Shown one piece after another: positions 15,901-29,500 of a stretch of DNA of 64,000 nucleotides. Numbering within the stretch: position 1 is the stretch's first letter; every line of letters starts with the position of its first letter. The notes below the pieces were generated by a model, which saw only the letters and a program-made list of their open reading frames with translations, did not search any database and was not told the DNA's origin. Source of the stretch: Eledone cirrhosa (taxonomy: Eukaryota); contig OZ024743.1 in the NCBI GenBank assembly GCA_964016885.1, forward strand, positions 129,332,001-129,396,000, in the 5' to 3' direction. The position numbers were made by a program, and so were the translations under genes.

Positions 15901-17790
15901 CACCTAACACCAAGCACCAACCACCAACCACCAAACACCAAGCACCAAGCACCAAGCACCAAGCACCAAACACCAAGCACCAAACACCAAGCACCAAACA
16001 CCAAGCACCAAGCATCAAAGACCAAGCACCAAGCACCAAACACCAAGCACCAAGCACCAAGCATCAAACACCAAACACGAAGCACCAAACACCAAGCACC
16101 AATCACCATGCATCAAACACCAAGCAGCCAGCAGCAAGCACCAAACACCAAACACCAAGCACCAAGCACCAAAAACCAAACACCAAGCACCAAGCACCAA
16201 ACACCAAGCACCAAGCACCAAACACCAAGCACCAAGCACCAAGCACCAAACACCAAGCACCAAAGACCAAGCACCAAGCACCAAACACCAAGCACCCAGC
16301 ACCAAACACCAAGCACCCAGCACCAAACACCAAGCACCAAACACCAACCACCCAGCACCAAGCACCAAACACCAAGCACCAAACACCAAACACCAAGCAC
16401 CAAGCACCGAGCACCAAGCACCAGACACCAAGCACCAAACACCAAACACCAAGCACCAAGCACCAAACACCAAACACCAAACACCAAACACCAAACACCA
16501 AGCATCAAAAACCAAACACCAAGCACCAGACACCAAGCACCAAACACCAAACACCAAGCACCAAACACCAAACACCAAGCACCAAGCACCAAACACCAAA
16601 CACCAAGCACCAAGCACCAAACACCAAGCACCAAAGACCAAACACCAAACAGCAAACACCAAACACCATACAGCAAACACTGAACACCAAAAAGCAGACA
16701 CCAAACAGCAAACACCAAACACCAAACACCAAACACCAAACAGCAAACACCAAACACCAAGCACCAAACACCAAAGACCAAGCACCAAACACCTAACACC
16801 AAGCACCAAGCACCAAGCACCAAACACCAAGCACCAAACACCAAACATCAAGCACGAAGCACCAAGTACCAAACACCAAGAACCAAGAACCAAACACCAA
16901 GCACCAAGCACCAAGTAAAAACACCAAGTACCAAGCACCAAGCACCATACACCAAGAACCAAGCACCAAACACAAAACACCAAGCACCAAGCACCAAGCA
17001 TCAAACACCAAGCAGCAAACACCAAACACCAAGCACCAAGCACCAAACACAAAGCACCCAGCACCAAACACCAAGGACCAAGCACCAAGCACCAAAAACC
17101 AAACACCAAACACAAAACACAAAGCACCAAGCACCAAACACCAAACTCCAAGCACCAAGCACCAAGCACCAAACACCAAACACCAAGCACCAAGCACCAG
17201 GCACGAAACACCAAGCACCAAGCACCAAACACCAAGCACCAAGCACCAAACAGCAAACGCCAAACACCAAACACCAAGCACCAAGTACAAACACCAAGCA
17301 CCAAGCACCAAGCACCAAACACCAAGCACCAAGCACCAAACACAAAACACCAAGCAACAAGCACCAAGCATCAAACACCAAGCAGCAAACACCAAACACC
17401 AAGGACCAAGCACCAAGCACCAAGCACCAAGCACCAAAAACCAAACACGAAACACGAAACACCAAGCACCAAGCACCAAACACCAAACTCCAAGCACCAA
17501 GCACCAAACACCAAACACCAAGCACCAAGCACCAAGCACCAGGCACCAAACACCAAGCACCAAGCACCAAACACCAAGCACGAAACACCAAACACCAAAC
17601 ACCAAACAGCAAACAACATACAGCAAACACCAAACACCAAAAAGCAAACACCAAACACCAAACAGCAAACACCAAACAACAAACAGCAAACAGCAAACAC
17701 CAAACACCAAGCACCAAGCACCAAACACCAAACACCAAACACCAAGCACCAGGCACCAAACACCAAGCACCAAGCACCAAACACCAAGCA
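9994..17790. repeat. Tandem ~3-kb HOR: units of 3214 bp and 2900 bp plus a partial diverged third unit
   Basis: The CACCATG-CATCAAA marker ATG lies at 9994, 13208 and 16108. ORF pairs 9901/13115, 10672/13886, 11336/14550 and 11865/15079 are all at offset 3214 with near-identical translations. Confidence 0.93.
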
Positions 17791-19049
17791 CCTAGCACCA
17801 AACACTAAGCACCAAGCACCAAACACTAAGCACCAAGCACCAAACACCAAGCACCAAGCACCAAACACCAAGCACCAAGCACCAAGCACCAAACACCAAA
17901 CACCAAGCACCAAAGACCAAGCACCAAGCACCAAACACCAAGCACCCAGCACCAAACACCAAGCACTAAACACCAACCACCCAGCACCAAGCACCAAACA
18001 CCAAGCATCAAGCACCTAACACCAAACACCAAACACCAAGCACCAAGCACCAGGCACCAAACACCAAGCACCAAGCACCAAACACCAAGCACGAAACACC
18101 AAGCACAAAACACCAAGCACCAATCACCAAGCATCAAACACCAAGCAGCCAGCAGCAAGCCCCAAACACCAAACACCAAGCACCAAGCACCAAAAACCAA
18201 ACACCAAGCACCAAGCACCAAACAGCTAACACCAAGCACCAAGCACCAAGTACCAAGCACCAAACACCAAGCACCAAACACCAAGCACCAAACACCAAGC
18301 ACCAAACACCAAACACCAAGCACCAAACACCTAACACCAAACACCAAGCACCAAACACCAAGCACCAAACACCAAACACCAAGCACCAAGCACCAAACAC
18401 CAAGAACCAAGCACCAAGCACCAAGTACAAACACCAAGCACCAAGCACCAAACACCAAGCACCAAGCACCAAGCATCAAACACCAAGCACCAAACACCAA
18501 GCACCAAGCACCAAGCATCAAACACCAAGCATATAACACCAAACACCAAACGCCAAGCACCAAACACCAAGCACCAAGCACCAAGCACCAAACACCTAAC
18601 ACCAAGCACCAAACACCAAGCACCAAACACCAAGCACCAAGCACCAAACACCAAACACCAAGCACCAAACACCAAGCACCAAACACCAAGCACCAAGCAC
18701 TAAACACCAAGCACCAAGCACCAAACACCAAGAACCAAGCACCAAGCACCAAGTACAAACACCAAGCACCAAGCACCAAACACCAAGCACCTAGCACCAA
18801 ACACCAAACACCAAGCACCAAACACCAAGCACCAATCACCAAGCACCAAACACCAAGCAGCCAGCAGCAAGCACCAAACACGAAAGCACCAAGCACCAAA
18901 CACCAAACACCAAGCACCAAGCACCAAACACCAAGCACCAAGCACCAAGCATCAAACACCAAGCACCAAAAAGCAAACACCAAACACCAAACAGCAAACA
19001 CCAAACAACAAACAGCAAACAGCAAACACCAAACACCAAGCACCAAGCA

Positions 19050-22000
19050 CCAAACACCAAACACCAAACACCAAGCACCAGGCACCAAACACCAAGCACC
19101 AAGCACCAAACACCAAGCACCTAGCACCAAACACTAAGCACCAAGCACCAAACACTAAGCACCAAGCACCAAGCACCAAAAACCAGACACCAAACACCAA
19201 GCACCAAACACCTAACACCAAGCACCAAGCACCAAGTACCAAGCACCAAACACCAAGCACCAAACACCAAACACCAAGCACCAAACACCAAACACCAAGC
19301 ACCAAGCACCAAACACCTAACACCAAGCACCAAGCACCAACCACCAAAAACCAAGCACCAAGCACCAAGCACCAAGCACCAAACACCAAGCACCAAACAC
19401 CAAGCACCAAACACCAAGCACCAAACACCAAGCACCAAGCACCAAACACCAAGCACCAAGCACCAAACACCAAGCACCAAGCACCAAGCATCAAACACCA
19501 TGCACCAAACACCAAACACCAAGCACCAAGCACCAAGCATCAAACACCAAGCATATAACACCAAACACCAAACACCAAGCACCCAGCACCAAACACCAAG
19601 CACCAAGCACCAAACACCAAGCACCAAGCACCAAGCAAAAAGCACCAAACACCAAGCACCAAACACCAAACACCAAACACCAAACACCAAGCACAAAGCA
19701 CCAAGCATCAAACACCAAGCATATAACACCAAACACCAAGCACCAAGCACCAAACACCTAACACCAAGCACCAAACACCAACCACCAAACACCAAGCACC
19801 AAGCACCAAGCACCAAGCACCAAACACCAAGCACCAAACACCAAGCACCAAACACCTAACACCAAGCACCAAGCACCAAACACCTAACACCAAGCACCAA
19901 ACACCAAGCACCAAACACCAAGCACCAAGCACCAAGCACCAAACACCAAGCACCAAACACCAAGCACCAACCACCAAGCACCAAGCACCAAACACCAAGC
20001 ACCAAGCACCAAACACCAAGAACCAAGCACCAAGCACCAAGTACAAACACCAAGCACCAAGCACCAAACACCAAGCACCTAGCACCAAACACCAAGCACC
20101 AATCAACAAGCACCAAACACCAAGCAGCCAGCAGCAAGCACCAAACACCAAGCACCAAGCACCAAAAACCAGACACCAAACACCAAGCACCAAACACCTA
20201 ACACCAAGCACCAAGCACCAAGTACCAAGCACCAAACACCAAACACCAAACACCAAACACCAAGCACCAAACACCAAGCACCAAGCACCAAACACCTAAC
20301 ACCAAGCACCAAGCACCAACCACCAAACACCAAGCACCAAGCACCAAGCACCAAATACCAAGCACCAAACACCAAGCACCAAACACCAAGCACCAAGCAC
20401 CAAGCACCAAACACCAAGCACCAAGCACCAAGCATCAAACACCAAGCACCAAACACCAAACACCAAGCACCAAGCACCAAGCATCAAACACCAAGCATAT
20501 AACACCAAACACCAAACACCAAGCACCCAGCACCAAACACTAAGAACCAAGCACCAAACACCAAGCACCAAGCACCAAGCAAAAAGCACCAAACACCAAG
20601 CACCAAACACCAAACACCAAGCACCAAACACCAAACACCAAGCACCAAGCACCAAACACCTAACACCAAGCACCAAACACCAACCACCAAACACCAAGCA
20701 CCAAGCACCAAGCACCAAGCACCAAACACCAAGCACCAAATACCAAGCACCAAACACCTAACACCAAGCACCAAGCACCAAACACCTAACACCAAGCACC
20801 AAACACCAAGCACCAAACACCAAGCACCAAGCACCAAGCACCAAACACCAAGCACCAAACACCAAGCACCAAACACCAAACACCAAGCACCAAGCACCAA
20901 ACACCAAGAACCAAGCACCAAGCACCAAGTACAAACACCAAGCACCAAGCACCAAACACCAAGCACCTAGCACCAAACACCAAACACCAAGCACCAAACA
21001 CCAAGAACCAATCACCAAGCACCAAACACCAAGCAGCCAGCAGCAAGCACCAAACACCAAGCACCAAGCACCAAAAACCAGACACCAAACACCAAGCACC
21101 AAACACCTAACACCAAGCACCAAGCACCAAGTACCAAGCACCAAACACCAAACACCAAACACCAAACACCAAGCACCAAACACCAAACACCAAGCACCAA
21201 GCACCAAACACCTAACACCAAGCACCAAGCACCAACCACCAAACACCAAGCACCAAGCAACAAGCACCAAACACCAAGCACCAAACACCAAGCACCAAAC
21301 ACCAAGCACCAAGCACCAAGCACCAAACACCAAGCACCAAGCACCAAGCATCAAACACCAAGCACCAAACACCAAACACCAAGCACCAAGCACCAAGCAT
21401 CAAACACCAAGCATATAACACCAAACACCAAACACCAAGCACCCAGCACAAAACACCAAGAACCAAGCACCAAACACCAAGCACCAAGCACCAAGCAAAA
21501 AGCACCAAACACCAAGCACCAAACACCAAACACCAAGCACCAAACACCAAACACCAAGCACCAAGCACCAAACACCTAACACCAAGCACCAAACACCAAC
21601 CACCAAACACCAAGCACCAAGCACCAAGCACCAAGCACCAAACACCAAGCACCAAACACCAAGCACCAAACACATAACACCAAGCACCAAGCACCAAGTA
21701 CCAAGCACCAAACACCAAGCACCAAACACCCAACACCAAGCACCAAACACCAAACACCAAGCACCAAGCACCAAACACCTAACACCAAGCACCAAACACC
21801 AACCACCAAACACCAAGCACCAAGCACCAAGCACCAAGCACCAAGCACCAAACACCAAGCACCAAACACCAAGCACCAAGCACCAAGCACCAAGTACAAA
21901 CACCAAACACCAAACACCAAGCACCAAGCACCAAGCATCAAACACCAAGCATATAACACCAAACACCAAACACCAAGCACCAAACACCAAACACCAAGCA

Positions 22001-24950
22001 CCAAGCACCAAACACCAAGCACCAAGCACCAAGCATCAAACACCAAGCACCAAACACCAAGCACCAAGCACCAAGCATCAAACACCAAGCATATAACACC
22101 AAACACCAAACACCAAGCACCAAACACCAAACACCAAGCACCAAGCACCACACACCTAACACCAAGCACCAAACACCAAGCACCAAACACCAAGCACCAA
22201 GCACCAAACACCAAGCACCAAGCACCAAACACCAAGAACCAAGCACCAAGCACCAAGTACAAACACCAAGCACCAAGCACCAAACACCAAGCACCTAGCA
22301 CCAAACACCAAACGCCAAGCACCAAACACCAAGCACCAATCACCAAGCACAAAACACCAAGCAGCCAGCAGCAAGCACCAAACACCAAGCACCAAGCACC
22401 AAAAACCAGACACCAAACACCAAGCACCAAACACCTAACACCAAGCACCAAGCACCAAGTACCAAGCACCAAACACCAAGCACCAAACACCAAACACCAA
22501 GCACCAAACACCAAACACCAAGCACCAAGCACCAAACACCTAACACCAAGCACCAAGCACCAACCACCAAACACCAAGCACCAAGCACCAAGCACCAAGC
22601 ACCAAACACCAAGCACCAAACACCAAGCACCAAACACCAAGCACCAAGCACCAAACACCAAGCACCAAGCACCAAACACCAAGCACCAAGCACCAAGCAT
22701 CAAACACCAAGCACCAAACACCAAACACCAAGCACCAAGCACCAAGCATCAAACACCAAGCATATAACACCAAACACCAAACACCAAGCACCCAGCACCA
22801 AACACCAAGCACCAAGCACCAAACACCAAGCACCAAGCACCAAGCAAAAAGCACCAAACACCAAGCACCAAACACCAAACACCAAGTACCAAACACCAAA
22901 CACCAAGCACCAAGCACCAAACACCTAACACCAAGCACCAAACACCAACCACCAAACACCAAGCACCAAGCACCAAGCACCAAGCACCAAACACCAAGCA
23001 CCAAACACCAAGCACCAAACACCTAACACCAAGCACCAAGCACCAAACACCTAACACCAAGCAGCAAACACCAGGCACCAAACACCAAGCACCAAGCACC
23101 AAGCACCAAACACCAAGCACCAAACACCAAGCACCAAACACCAAGCACCAAGCACCAAACACCAAGCACCAAGCACCAAACACCAAGAACCAAGCACCAA
23201 GCACCAAGTACAAACACCAAGCACCAAGAACCAAACACCAAGCACCTAGCACCAAACACCAAACACCAAGCACCAAACACCAAGCACCAATCACCAGGCA
23301 CCAAACACCAAGCAGCCAGCAGCAAGCACCAAACACCAAGCACCAAGCACCAAAAACCAGACACCAAACACCAAGCACCAAACACCTAACACCAAGCACC
23401 AAGCACCAAGTACCAAGCACCAAACACCAAGCACCAAACACCAAACACCAAGCACCAAACACCAAAAACCAAGCACCAAGCACCAAACACCTAACACCAA
23501 GCACCAAGCACCAACCACCAAACACCAAGCACCAAGCACCAAGCACCAAGCACCAAACACCAAGCACCAAACACCAAACACCAAGCACCAAGCACCAAAC
23601 ACCAAGCACCAAGCACAAAACACCAAGCACCAAGCACCAAGCATCAAACACCAAGCACCAAACACCAAACACCAAGCACCAAGCACCAAGCATCAAACAC
23701 CAAGCATATAACACCAAACACCAAACACCAAGCACCCAGCACCAAACACCAAGAACCAAGCACCAAACACCAAGCACCAAGCACCAAGCAAAAAGCACCA
23801 AACACCAAGCACCAAACACCAAACACCAAGCACCAAACACCAAACACCAAGCACCAAGCACCAAACACCTAACACCAAGCACCAAACACCAACCACCAAA
23901 CACCAAGCACCAAGCACCAAGCACCAAGCACCAAACACCAAGCACCAAACACCAAGCATCAAACACCTAACACCAAGCACCAAGCACCAAGTACCAAGCA
24001 CCAAACACCAAGCACCAAACACCAAACACCAAGCACCAAACACCAAACACCAAGCACCAAGCACCAAACACCTAACACCAAGCACCAAACACCAACCACC
24101 AAACACCAAGCACCAAGCACCAAGCACCAAGCACCAAGCACCAAACACCAAGCACCAAACACCAAGCACCAAGCACCAAGCACCAAGTACAAACACCAAA
24201 CACCAAATACCAAGCACCAAGCACCAAGCATCAAACACCAAGCATATAACACCAAACACCAAGCACCAAGCACCAAACACCAAACACCAAGCACCAAGCA
24301 CCAAACACCAAGCACCAAAGACCAAACACCAAACAGCAAACACCAAACACCATACAGCAAACACTAAACACCAAAAAGCAGACAGCAAACACCAAACACC
24401 AAGCACCAAACACCAAGGACCAAGCACCAAACACCTAACACCAAGCACCAAGCACCAAGCACCAAACACCAACCACCAAACACCAAACATCAAGCACCAA
24501 GCACCAAGCACCAAGTACCAAACACCAAGAACCAAGAACCAAACACCAAGCACCAAGCACCAAGTACAAACACCAAACACCAAACACCAAGCACCAAACA
24601 CCAAGAACCAATCACCAAGCACCAAACACCAAGCAGCCAGCAGCAAGCACCAAACACCAAGCACCAAGCACCAAAAACCAGACACCAAACACCAAGCACC
24701 AAACACCTAACACCAAGCACCAAGCACCAAGTACCAAGCACCAAACACCAAACACCAAACACCAAACACCAAGCACCAAACACTAAACACCAAGCACCAA
24801 GCACCAAACACCTAACACCAAGCACCAAGCACCAACCACCAAACACCAAGCACCAAGCACCAAGCACCAAACACCAAGCACCAAACACCAAGCACCAAAC
24901 ACCAAGCACCAAGCACCAAGCACCAAACACCAAGCACCAAGCACCAAGCA
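19050..24950. repeat. Short-period HOR domain (~0.9-1.35-kb modules)
   Basis: CAAAAAG marker at ~19636, 20580, 21496, 22845, 23789. AACCAGA marker at ~19181, 20167, 21076, 22404, 23355, 24676. Near-identical 74-aa ORFs at 21351, 22700 and 23644 (offsets 1349 and 944). Confidence 0.85.
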
Positions 24951-26594
24951 TCAAACACCAAGCACCAAACACCAAACACCAAGCACCAAGCACCAAGCAC
25001 CAAACACCAAGCATATAACACCAAACACCAAACACCAAGCACCAAGCACCAAACACCAAACACCAAGCACCAAGCACCAAACACCAAGCACCCAGCACCA
25101 AACACCAAGCACCAAGCACCAAACACCAAGCATCAAGCACCAAGCAACAAACACCAAACACCAAACACCAAACACCAAACACCAAGCACCAAACACCAAA
25201 CACCAAACACCAAGCACCAGACACCAAGCACCAGACACCAAGCACCAAACACCAAGCACCAAGCACCAAGCACCAAACACCAACCACCAAGCACCAAACA
25301 CCAAACACCAAGCACCAAGCACCAAACACCAAGCACCAAAGACCAAAGACCAAACAGCAAACACCAAACACCAAACAGCAAACACCAAACACGAAACAGC
25401 AAACACCATACAGCAAACACCAAACACCAAAAAGCAGACACCAAACAGCAAACTCCAAACACCAAACACCAAACAGCAAACACCAAACACCAAGCACCAA
25501 ACACCAAGTACCAAGCACCAAACACTAATCACCAAGCACCAAACACAAAGCACCAAGCACCAAACACCAAACACCAAGCACCAAAGACCAAGCACCAAGC
25601 ACCAAGCACCAAACACCAAGCACCAAGCACCAAGCACCAAACACCAAGCACCAAGCACCAAATACCAACCACCCAGCACCAAGCACCAAGCACCAAACAC
25701 CAAGCACCAAGCACCAAACACCAAACACCAAACACCAAGCACCAAGCACCAAACACCAAGCACCAAGCACCAAGCACCAAACACCAAGCCCCAAGCACCA
25801 AGCACCAAACACCAAGCACCAAACACCAAGCATCAAACACCAAACACCAAACACCAAGCACCTAGCACCAAACACCAAACACCAAGCACCAAATACCAAG
25901 CAGCAAACACCAAGCAGCAAACAGAAAGCACCAAACAACAAACACCAAGCACCAAGCACTAAACACCAAGCACCAAGCACCAAGGACCAAACACCAAACA
26001 CCAAGCACCAAGCACCAAACACCTAACACCAAGCACCAAGTACCAAGCACCAAACACCAAACCCCAAGAACCAAGCACAAAACACCAAGCACCAAGCACC
26101 AAGTACAAACACCAAGCACCAAACACCAAGCACCAAGCATAAAACACCAAGCATCAAACACCAAACACCAAACACCAAGCACCAAGCACCAAACACCAAG
26201 CACCAAACACCAAGCACCCAGCACCAAACACCATGCACCAAGTACCAAGCAACAAACACCAAGCACCAACCACCAAGCACCAAACACCAAACACCAAGCA
26301 CCAAACACCAAACACCAAGCACCAGGCACCAAACACCAAACACCAAGCACCAAGCACCAAACACCAAGCACCAAGCTCCAAACACCAAGCACCAAACACC
26401 AAGAACCAAGCACCAAACAGCAAGCACCAAGCACCAAGTACAAACACCAAGCACCAAGCACCAAACACCAAGCACCAAGCTCCAAACACCAAGCACCAAA
26501 CACCAAGAACCAAGCACCAAACACCAAGCACCAAGTACAAACACCAAGCACCAAGCACCAAACACCAAGCACCAAGCACCAAACACCAAACACC

Positions 26595-29500
26595 AAGCAC
26601 CAAACACCAAACACCAAGCTCCAGACACCAAGCACCAAACACCAAACACGAAGCACCAAGCACCAAGCACCAAACACCAAACACCAAGCACCAAGCACCA
26701 AACACCAAGGACCAAGCACCAAGCACCAAGCACCAAGCACCAAGCACTAAACACCAAACACCAAAGACCAAGCACCAAGCACCAAGCACCAAACACCAAG
26801 CACCATGCACCTAGCACCAAACACCAAGCACCAAGCACCAAACACCAACCACCCAGCACCAAGCACCAAGCACCAAACACCAAGCACCAAGCACCAAACA
26901 CCAAACACCAAACACCAAGCACCAAGCACCAAACACCAAGCACCAAGCACCAAGTACCAAACACCAAGCACCAAGCACCAAACACCAAACACCAAGCACC
27001 AAACACCAAGCACCAAGCACCTAGCACCAAAAACCAAACACCAAGCACCAAGCACCAAACACCAAGCATCAATCACCAAGCACCAAACACCAAGCAGCAA
27101 GCACCAAGCACCAAATACCAAGCACCAAGAACCAAACACCAAACACCAAGCACCAAGCACCAAACACCTAACACCAAGCACCAAGCACCAAGCACCAAGC
27201 ACCAAACACCAAGCACCAAGCACCAAACACCAAGCACCAAACACCAAGAACCAAGCACCAAACACCAAGCACCAAGCACCAAGTACAAACACCAAGCACC
27301 AAGCACCAAACACCAAGCACCAAGCACCAAACACCAAACACCAAGCACCAAACACCAAACACCAAGCTCCAGACACCAAGCACCAAACACCAAACACGAA
27401 GCACGAAGCACCAAGCACCAAACACCAAACACCAAGCACCAAGCACCAAACACCAAGCACCAAAGACCAAACACCAAACAGCAAACACCAAACACCAATC
27501 AGCAAACACCAAACACGAAACAGCAAACACCATACAGCAAACACCAAACACCAAAAAGCAGACACCAAACAGCAAACACCAAACACCAAACACGAAACAC
27601 CAAACAGCAAACACCAAACACCAAGCACCAAACACCAAGCACCAAGCACCAAACACCAAACACCAAGCACCAAGCACCAAGCACCAAGTACCAAACACCA
27701 AGAACCAAGAACCAAACACCAAGCACCAAGCACCAAGTACAAACACCAAGCACCAAGCACCAAACACCAAGGACCAAGCACCAAGCACCAAGCACCAAGC
27801 ACCAAAAACCAAACACCAAACACAAAACACCAAGCACCAAGCACCAAACACCAAACTCCAAGCACCAAACACCAAACACCAAGCACCAAGCACCAGGCAC
27901 CAAACACCATGCACCAAGCACCAAACACGAATCAACCTGCACCAAACACCAAACACCAAACACCAAACAGCAAATAACATACAGCAAACACCAAACACCA
28001 AAAAGCAGACACCAAACAGCAAACACCAAACACCAAACACCAAACAGCAAACACCAAACAACAAACACCAAACAACAAACACCAAACAGCAAACAGCAAA
28101 CACCAAACACCAAGCACCAAGCACCAAACACCAAACACCAAGCACCAAGCACCAAACACCAAGCACCAAGCACCAAACACCAAACCCCAAGCACCTAGCA
28201 CCAAACACTAAGCACCAAGCACCAAACACCAAGCACCAAGCACCAAACACCAAGCACCAAGCACCAAGCACCAAACACCAAACACCAAACACCAAACACC
28301 AAAGACCAAGCACCAAGCACCAAACACCAAGCACCCAGCACCAAACACCAAGCACCAAAGACCAACCACCCAGAACCCAGCACCAAGCACCAAACACCAA
28401 GCACCAAGCACCAAACACCAAACACCAAGCACCAAGCACCACACACCAAGCACCAAGCACCTAGTACCAAACACCAAACACCAAGCACCAAACACCAAGC
28501 ACCTATCACCAAGCACCAAACACCAAGCAGCCAGCAGCAAGCACCAAACACCAAACACCAAGCACCAAGCACCAAAAACCAAACACCAAGCACCAAGCAC
28601 CAAACACCTAACACCAAGCACCAAGCACCAAGTACCAAGCACCAAACACCAAGCACCAAACACCAAACACCAAGCACCAAGCACAAAACACCAAGCACCA
28701 AACACCAAACACCAAGCACCAAGCACCAAATACCTAATACCAAGCACCAAACAGCAAGCACCAAGCACCAAGCACCAGGCACCAAGCACCAAACACCAAG
28801 CACCAAACACCAAGCACCAAGCACCAAGCACCAACCACCAAACACCAAGAACCAAGCACCAAGCACCAAGTATAAACACCAAGCACCAAGCACCAAACAC
28901 CAAGCACCAAGCACCAAACATCAAACACCAAGCATAAAACACCAAGCACCAAACACCAAACACCAAGCACCAAGCACCAAGCATCAAACACCAAGCATAT
29001 AACACCAAACACCAAACACCAAGCACCAAGCACCAAACACCAAACACCAAGCACCAAGCACCAAGCACCAAACACCAAGCACCCAGCACCAAACACCAAG
29101 CACCAAGCACCAAACACCAAGCACCAAGCACCAAGCAACAAGCACCAAACACCAAACACCAAACACCAAGCACCAAACACCAAACACCAAACACCAAGCA
29201 CCAGACACCAAGCACCAAACACCAAACAGCAAACACCAAGCACCAAGCACCAAGCACCAAACACCAAACACCAAGCACCAAACACCAAACACCCAGCACT
29301 AAGCACCAAACACCAAGCACCAAAGACCAAACAGCAAACAGCAAACACCAAACACCAAACAGCAAACACCAAACACGAAACAGCAAACATCATACAGCAA
29401 ACACCAAACACCAAAAAGCAGACACCAAACAGCAAACACCAAACACCAAACACCAAACAGCAAACACCAAACACCAAGCACCAAACACCAAGTACCAAGC

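Noticed and set aside
28871-28876. TATA-box-like TATAAA (also 34234) and recurring CATATAA
   Set aside because: These are explained as variants of the TACAAA 6-mer and of the heptamer. There is no downstream gene or other promoter context.
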